Source: Candidatus Moraniibacteriota bacterium (GTDB lineage Bacteria > Patescibacteriota > Minisyncoccia > Moranbacterales > UBA1568). From it: DNA of 64,000 bases. The stretch covers positions 23,527-87,526 of the forward strand of contig JBPOHW010000004.1 in assembly GCA_052035095.1 (NCBI GenBank), in the 5' to 3' direction. Below, in pieces: positions 45,336 to 55,090 of the stretch. The notes beneath the pieces were generated by a model that was not told the origin of the DNA, ran no database searches, and was given only the letters and a program-made list of their open reading frames with translations. The position numbers and the translations under genes are program-made. Numbering within the stretch: the stretch's first letter is position 1; every line of letters starts with the position of its first letter.

Positions 45336-46604
45336 ATGCACTACGAAAAAATTGTTTTGTCGAATGGGTTGCGGGTGATTTTGGCGCCGATGAAGGAAGC
45401 GCAGACGGTGACGGTGCTCATCACGACGGCGACGGGGTCGCGGTATGAGACCAAGAAAGAGAGCGGGCTTTCCCACTTTTTGGAGCATATGTTTTTTAAG
45501 GGGACGAAGAGGCGACCGACGGCGCTTTCGATTAGCGAGGAGCTTGACGGCGTGGGTGGGGAATACAATGCCTTTACCTCCAAGGATCGCACGGCGTACT
45601 ATGCCAAAGTCGACAAGAAGCATGCTGAAATGGCGCTCGATATCGTGAGTGACATTTTTCTCAACTCGACGCTTCCCGCGGAAGAGATCGATCGCGAGCG
45701 CGGCCCCATTTTGCAAGAGCTCAATATGTATGAGGATACACCGGTTCGGCATATCGGGGATGTATTCGAGATGCTCCTCTATGGAGAGCATCCTCTGGGA
45801 CGAGATATTATCGGGACGCGCGAAAATATCAAGCGATTCAAGCGCGCGGATTTTCTCCGCTATCTCAATCGCGCCTATGTCGCGTCCAATGTCGTGGTCG
45901 GTATCGCGGGGAATTTCGATGTCGCGTGGGCAAAGGAAATGATTGAGCGCGACTTTGCCGGAATGCGGACGGGAGAGAATCCGGAGCGGAAAGGAATTGT
46001 CGAGAAACAGACGTCACCCTCGGTATTTCTCCAGAACAAGAAAACCGATCAGACCCATTTCATCTTGGGAGTGCGCGCGTTTGATTTTTATCACGAGGAT
46101 CGGTACGCACTCGCGGTACTTTCCACTATCCTCGGGGGTGGTATGTCGAGCCGACTCTTTATGGCGGTTCGAGAGCGTCGCGGGCTTGCCTATAGCGTCC
46201 ACACGGGGACGGACGCGTATCACGATGCCGGGTACTTGGCGACCCAGTGCGGGGTCGAGCACGGAAATCTCGAGAAGACGGTCGCGGTTATTCTCGATGA
46301 GTATCGGCGCATTCGCGACGAGCTTGTTCCGGACAAGGAACTCCTCAAGGCGAAGGAACATATCAAAGGAAGTATGGCGATGCATCTTGAATCATCGGAT
46401 GATATCGTGGGGTACCTCGTGGACCAAGAAGCGCTCAAGAATGAAGTCGTACTGCCGGAAGAACGATTTGCAAAGATAGACGCGGTTTCGGTTCAAGATA
46501 TTCAGAGGGTCGCCCGTATGATTTTCCGTCCCGAACGACTCAATCTCGCCATTATCGGTCCGCAAAAGTCCGCGAAAAAGTTGGAGAAGATGCTTTCACT
46601 ATGA
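45336..46604 (+). CDS. M16-family zinc metallopeptidase (pitrilysin/insulinase-like)
   Basis: Inverted zinc-binding motif HxxEH (SHFLEHMFFKGT) and a downstream Glu. Length is typical at ~420 aa. Confidence 0.8.
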   Translation: MHYEKIVLSNGLRVILAPMKEAQTVTVLITTATGSRYETKKESGLSHFLEHMFFKGTKRRPTALSISEELDGVGGEYNAFTSKDRTAYYAKVDKKHAEMALDIVSDIFLNSTLPAEEIDRERGPILQELNMYEDTPVRHIGDVFEMLLYGEHPLGRDIIGTRENIKRFKRADFLRYLNRAYVASNVVVGIAGNFDVAWAKEMIERDFAGMRTGENPERKGIVEKQTSPSVFLQNKKTDQTHFILGVRAFDFYHEDRYALAVLSTILGGGMSSRLFMAVRERRGLAYSVHTGTDAYHDAGYLATQCGVEHGNLEKTVAVILDEYRRIRDELVPDKELLKAKEHIKGSMAMHLESSDDIVGYLVDQEALKNEVVLPEERFAKIDAVSVQDIQRVARMIFRPERLNLAIIGPQKSAKKLEKMLSL

Positions 46605-47629
46605 CCAAAGAGCAGTATATCGAAGCGTGGACGAAGATTTTGTTTCATGGCGTGATCGCGGTACTCGCGCTCTTTTTTGCGTACCTCATTCGCGATATTA
46701 TCGTGATCTTTTTCGTGGCGATTATCATTACGGCGTCGGTCGCGCCCGCGATCGAACGACTCGAGGCGCTTCGCATTCCTCGGACCCTTGCGGTTTTGGG
46801 AGTATACGCGCTTATAGTCGGTGTCTTGGCGACGATTATTTCCTTGATGGTTCCCGTGCTTTCGGCGCAGGTTCGAGAGTTCTCGGAAAATGTGCCGAAG
46901 TATCTCAATCAAACCTCAATCTTTATGAATGGTATCGAGTCGTATCTCGAGTTGCATGATGTGTCGATCGATACCGAATCGCTTTCGGGGAATGGAGAAT
47001 CGTCCGGCGCTCTCTCGGGGTTTTTCTCGACGACGGTGGGAGTGTTTCGCGCGATTTTTTCGACGGTTGCCATCTTTTTCCTATCGCTCTATATGTCTTT
47101 CGAACGGCGCGGTATCGACAAAGTGCTTCGAACGGTGACGCCGGCCGAATACGAAGAGCGCGTCCTCTATTTTTCTCGTCGTATTCAGGACAAGATCGGA
47201 CAGTGGATGTTCGGGCAACTGCTTCTTATGATAATCGTCTTTTCTTTTTACTTTATCGGTCTTACGGTGCTCGGCATTCCCTACGCGCTTCTCCTTGCAC
47301 TCTTTGGCGGGCTTCTTGAAATGGTGCCCTACGCGGGCCCCACGATGGCGGCGGTGCCGGCAGTGATTCTCGGGTTTCTCATCTCGCCATGGCTCGGAGT
47401 CGCCGTTACCCTCCTCTATATTGTGATTCAGCAGATACAAAACCATATTGTCATTCCGCAGGTAATGCGTCGGGCGGTGGGACTCAATCCGGTCGCGGTC
47501 ATTCTCGCGCTCCTCATCGGTGCGAAACTCGCGGGAGTCGCCGGCATCTTGGTTGCCGTGCCGTCGGCCGCCGCGCTCTCGGTCTTTACGGAAGAGTTTT
47601 TGGGGAACCGGAAACAGAATGGAGAATAA
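46601..47629 (+). CDS. AI-2E family transporter (PerM/UPF0118-like permease)
   Basis: Eight predicted TM helices with conserved ...LLEMVPYAGPTMAAVPAV... region. Overlaps the upstream gene by 4 nt. Confidence 0.7.
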   Translation: MTKEQYIEAWTKILFHGVIAVLALFFAYLIRDIIVIFFVAIIITASVAPAIERLEALRIPRTLAVLGVYALIVGVLATIISLMVPVLSAQVREFSENVPKYLNQTSIFMNGIESYLELHDVSIDTESLSGNGESSGALSGFFSTTVGVFRAIFSTVAIFFLSLYMSFERRGIDKVLRTVTPAEYEERVLYFSRRIQDKIGQWMFGQLLLMIIVFSFYFIGLTVLGIPYALLLALFGGLLEMVPYAGPTMAAVPAVILGFLISPWLGVAVTLLYIVIQQIQNHIVIPQVMRRAVGLNPVAVILALLIGAKLAGVAGILVAVPSAAALSVFTEEFLGNRKQNGE

Positions 47630-47646
47630 AGAATGAAGAATGAAGA

Positions 47647-48405
47647 ATGAAGAATGAAGAATGGAGAATGGAGATTACATCGCATTCATCTATGAACGAT
47701 CAAGAAGCAATTCAAATTGACACCGAAGAAAATTCCGAAACGGGGACGCTTTTCGTGGTGGCGACGCCGATTGGGAATATGGAGGATATCACGCTTCGCG
47801 CGCTTCGGGTGTTGAATGAATGCGAGCTCATTGTGTGTGAGGATACGCGGGTTGCCAAGAAGTTGTTCTTTCGGCACGAAATTTCGAAGCCCCTCCTCGC
47901 CATTCCGCAACGGGCGGCGGACGAGAAAATTCGTCGGGTGCTCGATGTATTGCGCGAGGGGAAAAATGTGGCGCTCACAACCGATGCGGGGACGCCAGGT
48001 GTCTCCGATCCGGGGAATGAGGTGGTGGCGAGAGTGATCGAGGCGGGATTTGCCGTTTCGCCCGTGCCGGGACCGTCGGCTTTGGGTGCGCTCCTCTCGG
48101 TTGCCGGCATGAATACGCAGGAGTTTCTCTTCAAAGGATTCCCGCCGCACAAGAAGGGGAGAGAGACGTTTTTTCGAAGTGTCGCCGAATCAAAGATTCC
48201 GGTCGTCTATTATGAGTCGCCGTACCGCGTCGTCAAAAATTTGGAACTCCTCTCGACATTTTCACCGGAAAAGCGTATCATCATCGGACGCGAGCTCACC
48301 AAAGTGTTTGAAGAAGTTCGCAGAGGAACCGTTCTCGAGGTGTTGGACTATTACACAAACAATTCCGGAAAAGTGAAAGGAGAATTTGTGGTTTTGGTTG
48401 TCTAG
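47647..48405 (+). CDS. rsmI: 16S rRNA (cytidine1402-2'-O)-methyltransferase RsmI
   Basis: Tetrapyrrole-methylase fold with GTLFVVATPIGNMEDITLRALRVLNECELIVCEDTR. The first ~40 codons lie within GAATGAA heptamer repeats, so the real start may be the ATG at 47692. Confidence 0.8.
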   Translation: MKNEEWRMEITSHSSMNDQEAIQIDTEENSETGTLFVVATPIGNMEDITLRALRVLNECELIVCEDTRVAKKLFFRHEISKPLLAIPQRAADEKIRRVLDVLREGKNVALTTDAGTPGVSDPGNEVVARVIEAGFAVSPVPGPSALGALLSVAGMNTQEFLFKGFPPHKKGRETFFRSVAESKIPVVYYESPYRVVKNLELLSTFSPEKRIIIGRELTKVFEEVRRGTVLEVLDYYTNNSGKVKGEFVVLVV

Positions 48406-48466
48406 TGTTTTGGTTGTCTCGTTATTTGGTTTTCTTGTTGTTTGGTTGGATGATTGGGAATAAAAA

Positions 48467-48516
48467 ACGGAGCAAGGTTTTATGATTGCTCCGTGTCCTG
48501 GTTTTATTTATTTTTT
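48467..48516. terminator. Bidirectional rho-independent terminator between rsmI (+) and the small secreted protein gene (-)
   Basis: Hairpin cggagcaa-ggttttatga-ttgctccg with an A-run upstream and a T-run downstream. Confidence 0.55.
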
Positions 48517-48756
48517 CAGTACTTGAATTCCGCCGGTTTCTCCACTTAGGGTTACCAGCTTTCCATCTTTGCATGTTACCACAATGGTTTTGATCGAGTC
48601 CTTGTTTGGAAGGTTGGCTTCGCACTCGAATGCGTTGGCAAGGTTGGTAACCATTCTTACGGTCAAGTCTTTTTGGTTTTGAATCTCCGACTTGAATTCT
48701 TGGTTGAGAAAAAACACACCTAAAATCAAAATACACGATGTAATAACATTCATCAT
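48508..48756 (-). CDS. Small secreted/signal-anchored hypothetical protein (82 aa)
   Basis: AGGAGAGG Shine-Dalgarno 11 nt before the ATG at 48756. Hydrophobic N-terminus MMNVITSCILILGVFFL. Confidence 0.45.
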   Translation of the reverse strand: MMNVITSCILILGVFFLNQEFKSEIQNQKDLTVRMVTNLANAFECEANLPNKDSIKTIVVTCKDGKLVTLSGETGGIQVLKK

Positions 48757-48863
48757 AATTTTCACGCCTCTCCTGAGTTGTTAAGGTTGCTTGGAAAATT
48801 TTTTCAATTCCTCAAACTTGCTTCAAGCAAGATGAGTTTGGAGGGTATCACTAAGGAATATTT

Positions 48864-50288
48864 ATGTCAAGATTCTACATCACGACTGCTATTGATTATG
48901 TGAATGCCAAGCCGCATGTGGGGCATGCGCTGGAGAAAGTGCTGACCGATACGGTGGCGCGGTTTCGGCGGCTTCGGGGGGAGGAAACGTATTTTCTCAC
49001 GGGGACGGATGAGAATAGCTTGAAGAATGTGCAGGGCGCGGAGAAGGCGGGGAAGCCGGTCGGAGAATTTGTTGCAGAAAACGCGGAAACATTTCGCGAT
49101 TTGGGGAAGCTTCTCAATCTTTCTTTTGATGGCTTTATTCGAACGACGGAGGCGCGGCATTTCGCGGGAGCGGAGAAATTGTGGCGCGCGTTCAAAGCGG
49201 AGGATGTGTATACCAAAAAATATTCCGGGCTCTATTGTGTCGGGTGCGAGGAATACAAATTGCCGAAAGATTTGGTGGACGGGAAATGTCCGGACCATCA
49301 GAAAGAACCGGAGGTTGTCGAAGAAGGGAATTACTTTTTTCGTCTCTCGGCGTACGCGGATATTTTGAAGCAAAAAATAGAGGGCGGAGAACTTCGCATT
49401 GTGCCGGAATTTCGGAAGAATGAAGTGCTGTCGTTTATTTCGATGGGGCTTGAGGATTTTTCCATTTCACGGTCGGTCGCGCGCGCGAAGGGTTGGGGCG
49501 TGCCGGTACCCGACGATTCGTCACAGATTATGTACGTGTGGGTGGACGCGCTCTCAAACTATATTACGGCCATTGATTACGCGAATGACGGCGAACTTTA
49601 CAAAAAATTCTGGGCGAGCGAGAGCGAGCGAACGCACGTGATCGGGAAGGGAATACTTCGTTTCCACGCGGTCTACTGGCCGGCGATGCTTCTCTCCGCA
49701 CGGCTTCCTCTTCCGACGACTATCTACGCGCATGAATATCTCACGGTGGACGGACAGAAGATGTCGAAGTCGCTTGGGAATATCATCGATCCCGCGGATG
49801 TGGTTGCAAAATACGGTGTTGACGGCGCGCGATATATTCTCTTGTCCTCACTTCCATTTTCAAATGACGGCGATGTGTCGTGGAAAAAATTCACCGAGAA
49901 ATACAATGCCGACCTCGCGAATGGGCTTGGGAATTTGGTTTCGAGAGTGATGAAGCTGGGGGAGAAAATTACGAATTACGAATTACGAATTACGAATGAA
50001 GAATTTCCGAAGGAATTTTCGGAGTTGTTGGGAAGTTATCGGTTGAGCGAGGGGCTCGAATATATTTGGAATCTTATTCGCGAAGACAATAAGTATATCG
50101 AAGACGAGAAACCGTGGGAACTCGTGAGAACGAACTCGGAGAAGTTTGAAGCCGTAATGAAAAAATTGCTGGAAGATCTGGGAAACATCGCGGTTCTTCT
50201 TGCGCCGTTTTTGCCGGAAACATCAGAGAAAATTCAAGGGATGCTCGCGGAGCGAAAGGGCGGAATTTTGTTTCAAAGGATTGTGTAA
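48864..50288 (+). CDS. metG: Methionine--tRNA ligase (short form)
   Basis: Class I HIGH motif (KPHVGHALE), KMSKS motif (GQKMSKSLGN), and zinc knuckle CVGCEEY...CPDH. An AAGGAAT SD is upstream. Confidence 0.9.
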   Translation: MSRFYITTAIDYVNAKPHVGHALEKVLTDTVARFRRLRGEETYFLTGTDENSLKNVQGAEKAGKPVGEFVAENAETFRDLGKLLNLSFDGFIRTTEARHFAGAEKLWRAFKAEDVYTKKYSGLYCVGCEEYKLPKDLVDGKCPDHQKEPEVVEEGNYFFRLSAYADILKQKIEGGELRIVPEFRKNEVLSFISMGLEDFSISRSVARAKGWGVPVPDDSSQIMYVWVDALSNYITAIDYANDGELYKKFWASESERTHVIGKGILRFHAVYWPAMLLSARLPLPTTIYAHEYLTVDGQKMSKSLGNIIDPADVVAKYGVDGARYILLSSLPFSNDGDVSWKKFTEKYNADLANGLGNLVSRVMKLGEKITNYELRITNEEFPKEFSELLGSYRLSEGLEYIWNLIREDNKYIEDEKPWELVRTNSEKFEAVMKKLLEDLGNIAVLLAPFLPETSEKIQGMLAERKGGILFQRIV

Positions 50289-50296
50289 ATTTTTGT

Positions 50297-50839
50297 ATGT
50301 CCGCCGGAATTTTTTTGAAAGAACTCGCGAAGAATTGGCGGGGGGTTGGGGCGGTGGCGCCCAGCTCCCGGTTTTTGACAGAAAAGATGCTTTCAAAAAT
50401 AGATTTCTCATCGGCGCGACTTGTGGTGGAGTTGGGACCGGGAACGGGTCCAATGACAAGAGAAATTCTCACGAGACTTCGTCCGGACGCGCGGCTCGTG
50501 GTGATCGAATCAAATGAAACGTTTTGCGAGATGCTTCGCGCTATTGACGATTCGCGGTTGTCTGTCGAGTGCGCCTCCGCTGAAAATCTTCCTGCCTTAC
50601 TTGATGGAGAGAGGGTGGACGTGATTCTCTCCGGCATCCCGCTCGCGTCGGTCGGGAGGGGCGTTGCCGGTCGAGTGCTTGATGTTGTTAAGGACATGCT
50701 TTTGCCGGGAGGCGTTTTTGTGCAGTTTCAGTATTCGAAGCTCTCGTGTAAGATGATCGCTGAGCGGTTTACTTCGGTGGAGATTGACTTTGTTCCCGTG
50801 AATATGCCGCCGGCATTTGTGTATACGGCGCGGGTTTGA
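50297..50839 (+). CDS. Small class I SAM-dependent methyltransferase
   Basis: Motif I VVELGPGTGPMT plus acidic motif II. Specificity unknown. Confidence 0.5.
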   Translation: MSAGIFLKELAKNWRGVGAVAPSSRFLTEKMLSKIDFSSARLVVELGPGTGPMTREILTRLRPDARLVVIESNETFCEMLRAIDDSRLSVECASAENLPALLDGERVDVILSGIPLASVGRGVAGRVLDVVKDMLLPGGVFVQFQYSKLSCKMIAERFTSVEIDFVPVNMPPAFVYTARV

Positions 50840-50855
50840 AATTTTTTGAAACAAG

Positions 50856-51698
50856 ATGATCGATACGCACGCCCATATTCATGATTCGCAGTTTGACGTC
50901 GATCGCGAGATGATGCTTCGGCGCGCGAGTGAGGCGGGGGTTTCGAGAATTATTACCGTCGGGACGAGCGTTGCGGAAAGTGTCTTGGCGGTTGAAGCGG
51001 CGAAAAAATACGAGAATGTTTTTGCAACGGTGGCAGTGCACCCGCAGGAGTTCAATAGGAAAGAATTGGGAATGAAGAATAAGGAATTAGTCGGGGAAAT
51101 GATGCGGGAGCTTCGAGAGCTTGTTGTGAAAAATAGGGAAAGAATAGTGGCGGTTGGGGAATGCGGATTAGATTACCATACCTTTGACGGTGTCGCGGTG
51201 ACGGAGGAACAGAAGGTGTTTCAAAGAGAAGGGTTTCTGATGCACATCGAAATGGCGCGGGAGTTTTCTCTGCCGATTGTAATTCACTGTCGCGATGCGT
51301 ATGATGGCGTGTTTGAAATTCTCGAAGCGGAGAGCAGTGAGTTAAAAGCGTGTATTCTTCATTGCTATCAGGGGGATCTTGATATGACACAGAAGTTGCT
51401 CGCGTTTGGTGAAAAGGTATTCTTCTCTTTTGCCGGAAACATTACTTATCCGGTAAAGAAAAAATTGGAGGGAACGAAAGAGGATATTCGCGAGAGTGTC
51501 AAGATCGTTCCGCCTGATCGAATCCTCACCGAAACCGATTGTCCGTATCTCGCGCCGCAAAAATATCGCGGCACGCGGAATGAGCCGGCGTATGTTGTTG
51601 AGGTTGCTCAAAAGATTGCAGAAATAAAAAACACTTCTCTTGAGGAAGTTGAGCGCGTGACGGAAGAAAACGCGAGGCGATGCTTCTCGTTTTGCTAA
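50856..51698 (+). CDS. tatD: TatD-family metal-dependent hydrolase/DNase
   Basis: N-terminal MIDTHAHI metal-binding motif and TIM-barrel TatD conserved residues (ECGLDYH; HCYQGD). Confidence 0.8.
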   Translation: MIDTHAHIHDSQFDVDREMMLRRASEAGVSRIITVGTSVAESVLAVEAAKKYENVFATVAVHPQEFNRKELGMKNKELVGEMMRELRELVVKNRERIVAVGECGLDYHTFDGVAVTEEQKVFQREGFLMHIEMAREFSLPIVIHCRDAYDGVFEILEAESSELKACILHCYQGDLDMTQKLLAFGEKVFFSFAGNITYPVKKKLEGTKEDIRESVKIVPPDRILTETDCPYLAPQKYRGTRNEPAYVVEVAQKIAEIKNTSLEEVERVTEENARRCFSFC

Positions 51699-51880
51699 AG
51701 AGGGTTATAGCGAGAGTGATATTTCTTTTGCTTCTCTCTATCGGAGCAACCTTTTGTCCCGCCAAGGTGGGGTTGCGGTCTCGGTGTGCATTATAGAGAC
51801 CTTTAGCGTAATTTGGTGTTACCAAAAAAATTCCGATATGCGCAGTTGCGCGTATCAGCAGAGTTTTTTTGAAGGGATTT

Positions 51881-52588
51881 CTATCGCCGTATTTCTATGT
51901 ATTCAACAAAAGGGAGGAGGCGGGTGCGGATGTTTTCGAGATCGAGGGTTTTGCCGCGGGTTTTTTCGACAAGGGAGGAGTCGAGGATTTTGATATCGCG
52001 AAATTCTTGGAGTGCGAAACTTCGCGCGTCTTTGAGCCACTTTCCAATTTCGTCAAAATCACGCTCCTCGTGAATGCCTGGGACGACGGTGGTGCGGAAT
52101 TCGTACGGGGCGCCACTCTCCATAATGATCCGGACGCTTTCTTGGAAGTTTTCAATCGGGATATCGGCATTTCCAGAGGCAAGCGAATATTTCTCGGGCG
52201 TATGCTTGATGTCCATCGCCCAGAAGTCCACGAGTCCGGTTTTGGCGAGTTTTCTGACAATGTCAGGGAAGGCGCCGTTGGTATCGAGCTTCACGAGGAA
52301 GCCCATATTTTTTATCTTCCGAATGAAATCGAGAAGGTCGCCGTGAAGTGTCGGCTCGCCGCCCGTGATACAGACGCCGTCGAGTTTTCCTTTGCGGCGA
52401 ACGAGGAAGGTGAGAAATTCTTCCGTTTTGTCGCCGCCCGTTTGCTTCAAATATCCTTTGCTCGGCTCAATGAGCTCGGGATTGTGACAAAACGGACATC
52501 GAAGTACGCACCCCAATGTAAACACGGTCGCCGCGAGTTTCCCGGGATAATCCAAAAGGGTAAGTGGCTGGTATCCCGCAATATACAT
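51881..52588 (-). CDS. nrdG: Anaerobic ribonucleoside-triphosphate reductase activating protein (radical SAM)
   Basis: CxxxCxxC radical-SAM cluster motif (GCVLRCPFCHNPEL). The conserved start MYIAGYQPLTLLDYPGK is at 52588; the track's longer 315-aa ORF begins far upstream without homology. Confidence 0.8.
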   Translation of the reverse strand: MYIAGYQPLTLLDYPGKLAATVFTLGCVLRCPFCHNPELIEPSKGYLKQTGGDKTEEFLTFLVRRKGKLDGVCITGGEPTLHGDLLDFIRKIKNMGFLVKLDTNGAFPDIVRKLAKTGLVDFWAMDIKHTPEKYSLASGNADIPIENFQESVRIIMESGAPYEFRTTVVPGIHEERDFDEIGKWLKDARSFALQEFRDIKILDSSLVEKTRGKTLDLENIRTRLLPFVEYIEIRR

Positions 52589-52595
52589 ACTGGTT

Positions 52596-52847
52596 TTATG
52601 CTCCTTGCGGCGCGTATTCGAGGCGGTCGCAGAATTCTTGGCGTTTGCCTTTGTTCCACTGCTCGACCGGGCGGATATAACCAACGACGCGCGAATAGAC
52701 TTCCGTTTTTCGGAAATCGGCGAGCTCCGGTTTTGCCTCATAGCACGCGCGGCACTTCGCTTTCGTTTCCCCGTCAACCTCATAGGGCATATACTCCGCC
52801 CCTTTCTCGAGCGTCTTCCCGCAATCATGACAGGTTATCGTTTGCAT
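52596..52847 (-). CDS. Stand-alone zinc-ribbon + glycyl-radical domain protein (NrdD C-terminal domain encoded as a separate ORF)
   Basis: CHDCG-x22-CRAC zinc ribbon followed by the glycyl-radical motif EVYSRVVGYIRPVEQWNKGKRQEF (RxxGY). In frame with nrdD but separated from it by two TAA codons. Confidence 0.6.
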   Translation of the reverse strand: MQTITCHDCGKTLEKGAEYMPYEVDGETKAKCRACYEAKPELADFRKTEVYSRVVGYIRPVEQWNKGKRQEFCDRLEYAPQGA

Positions 52848-52871
52848 ACCGTTTTCTTTAACAAATTATTT

Positions 52872-54950
52872 TTACACTTTTTGATATTCTTTTGCGGATG
52901 ATGTGACGACGCATTGCGGACAGGTTTTGTGTTCGCCGGGGAGGTAGCCATGAGTGGGGCAGATGCTGAAGGTGGGAGTGAGGGTGAAGTAGGGGAGGTG
53001 GTATTTCTCGGCGATTTTCTTTACCAGCATACGGGCGGAAGCGGGATCGGTGATGCGTTCTCCAAGGAAACCGTGGAGGACGGTGCCGCCGGTGTATTGT
53101 GTTTGCAGATTGTCCTGGAGATCGAGGGCTTCAAAGATGTCGTCGGTGAAGCCGACGGGGAGATGGGAGGAATTGGTGTAGTAGGGATCGGCATGTTTGG
53201 TTTTGACATCGGACTCGTTTGCGACCGCGATATCGGGGTATTTTTTGGTATCGAGGAGCGCGAGGCGATAGGCGGTGCCTTCGGCGGGGGTGGCTTCCAA
53301 ATTGTAGAGGTTATTGGTTTTTTCTTGGTAGCTACTGATACGCTCGCGCATATGAGTGAGCATTTTTGCGGCGAAGGCTTGCCCTTTTTCGGTGGTGATG
53401 TCGGTTTTCAGTAAGTTCTTGATTGCTTCATTGGTGCCGACCAGACCGATTGTGGAGAAATGATTTTTCCAGTACTGGTGAAAACGTTTTTTGATATTTC
53501 CGAGATAAAATTTCGTATAGGGATAGAGGCCTTTTTCGGTGAGAGCTTCCACGATTTTTCGTTTCGTCTCGAGGCTTTCCTGGGCGATATCCATCAGGCG
53601 GTCGAGGCGGGTGAAGAAATCCTTTTCGTTTTTGGCGACATAGCCGATGCGCGGCAGGTTAACGGTGACGACACCAATCGAGCCGGTCAGGGGATTGGCG
53701 CCGAAGAGTCCGCCACCGCGCTTCCGGAGCTCTCTATTATCCAGACGTAACCTACAACACATACTTCGTGCGTCGTCGGGGCTCATATCGGAGTTGACGA
53801 AGTTGGCGAAGTAGGGGATGCCGTACTTGGCGGTCATCTCCCAAAGAGGGAGATACGCGGGATTCTCCCAGTCGAAGTTCTTGGTGATATTGTAGGTTGG
53901 GATGGGGAAAGTGAAGATGCGTCCCGAGGCATCGCCCTCGCACATCACTTCCGCGAAGGCGCGATTGATCATCGCCATTTCCGGCGCGAAATCGCCATAG
54001 GTTTCCGGTTGCGGCTCGCCGCCGATGATCGCATGCTCCTTGGCGAGAATTTTGGGCGGGATAATATCCATCGTAATATTGGAGAACGGCGTTTGGAAAC
54101 CGACCCTGGTCGAGACATTCATATTGAAGACGAAGGACTGGATTTCCTGCTTCACTTGCGCGTAGGTGAGTCTGTCTTTCCTTACAAAGGGCGCGAGGAG
54201 CGTGTCGAAATTGGAGAAGGCTTGGGCGCCGGCGACTTCGCCTTGGAGGGTGTAGATGAAGTTGACCATTTGTCCGAGGATTGAGCCCAAGTGTTTGGCG
54301 GGTTTGCAGGAAACCTTGCCGGGGACGCCGGTAAAACCGCGCCGCAAGAGATCCTCCAGATCCCACCCGCAACAATAGGCGGAGATGAGTTGGAGATCGT
54401 GAATGTGAAGATCGCCGGATTCATGCGCATCGCGGACTTCTTTGGAATAGATTTTGTTCATCCAGTACTTGGTACTGATTGCCGAGGAAACGTAGTTGTT
54501 GAGTCCTTGGAGCGAGTACGCCATATTGGCGTTTTCTTTGACGAGCCAGTCGAGGTTGCCGATGTACTTGTCGACCAAATGCACGGCTTTGACGAGGGAC
54601 TCCTCCGTTTCTCGGACTTCGCGGTGTTGCTCGCGGTAGAGGATATAGGCCTTCGCGGTGTCGTGATAGCCCTCCGACATAAGGACGGTTTCGACAAGGT
54701 CTTGGATCTCCTCGATTTTTGGGACAAAGTTTCCCAGTTTTTGTTTCGCGTATTGGCGAGCTTTTCGTTCGAGAATGGCAATCACTTTTTTACCGACGCG
54801 CGTCGCATCCTTGTCGCTCCCCGTGGCGGTTGCCGCAAAGGCCTTTTCGACGGCGCCGATTATTTTATACGGATTGAACGAGGTGGTTCGCCCGCTTCGC
54901 TTCCGCACCGATTCGATCGTCACCGCCGTTCTTTTCTTCGTGTTTTTCAT
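52872..54950 (-). CDS. nrdD: Anaerobic ribonucleoside-triphosphate reductase (class III) large protein, lacking the glycyl-radical motif
   Basis: N-terminal ATP-cone, class III RNR barrel, and a C-terminal CPTH...CPQC metal site. No RxxGY motif before the stop. Confidence 0.85.
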   Translation of the reverse strand: MKNTKKRTAVTIESVRKRSGRTTSFNPYKIIGAVEKAFAATATGSDKDATRVGKKVIAILERKARQYAKQKLGNFVPKIEEIQDLVETVLMSEGYHDTAKAYILYREQHREVRETEESLVKAVHLVDKYIGNLDWLVKENANMAYSLQGLNNYVSSAISTKYWMNKIYSKEVRDAHESGDLHIHDLQLISAYCCGWDLEDLLRRGFTGVPGKVSCKPAKHLGSILGQMVNFIYTLQGEVAGAQAFSNFDTLLAPFVRKDRLTYAQVKQEIQSFVFNMNVSTRVGFQTPFSNITMDIIPPKILAKEHAIIGGEPQPETYGDFAPEMAMINRAFAEVMCEGDASGRIFTFPIPTYNITKNFDWENPAYLPLWEMTAKYGIPYFANFVNSDMSPDDARSMCCRLRLDNRELRKRGGGLFGANPLTGSIGVVTVNLPRIGYVAKNEKDFFTRLDRLMDIAQESLETKRKIVEALTEKGLYPYTKFYLGNIKKRFHQYWKNHFSTIGLVGTNEAIKNLLKTDITTEKGQAFAAKMLTHMRERISSYQEKTNNLYNLEATPAEGTAYRLALLDTKKYPDIAVANESDVKTKHADPYYTNSSHLPVGFTDDIFEALDLQDNLQTQYTGGTVLHGFLGERITDPASARMLVKKIAEKYHLPYFTLTPTFSICPTHGYLPGEHKTCPQCVVTSSAKEYQKV

Positions 54951-54971
54951 AGCTGTTTGTTCGATAAAATC

Positions 54972-55090
54972 AGGACGTACGCGTTTGGCGCAGTTCGAGG
55001 AAAACGCGAGGAACGGAGTAAGCTGTATACGCCATACAGCGTCAAGTACCGGAGCATTTGACGAAGAAATGCGCCAAACGCGTACGTCCT
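54972..55090. promoter_or_regulatory. Long inverted repeat (21-bp perfect arms, 77-nt interior with a nested hairpin) in the nrdD upstream/leader region
   Basis: aggacgtacgcgtttggcgca ... tgcgccaaacgcgtacgtcct, with an internal gctgtatacgccatacagc hairpin. Lies 22–140 nt upstream of the nrdD start, between divergent genes. Confidence 0.5.

Noticed and set aside
52074-52861. + strand ORFs 51869..52861 (330 aa) and 52074..52346 across nrdG
   Set aside because: Antisense to nrdG, which has the radical-SAM CxxxCxxC motif and conserved N-terminus on the minus strand.
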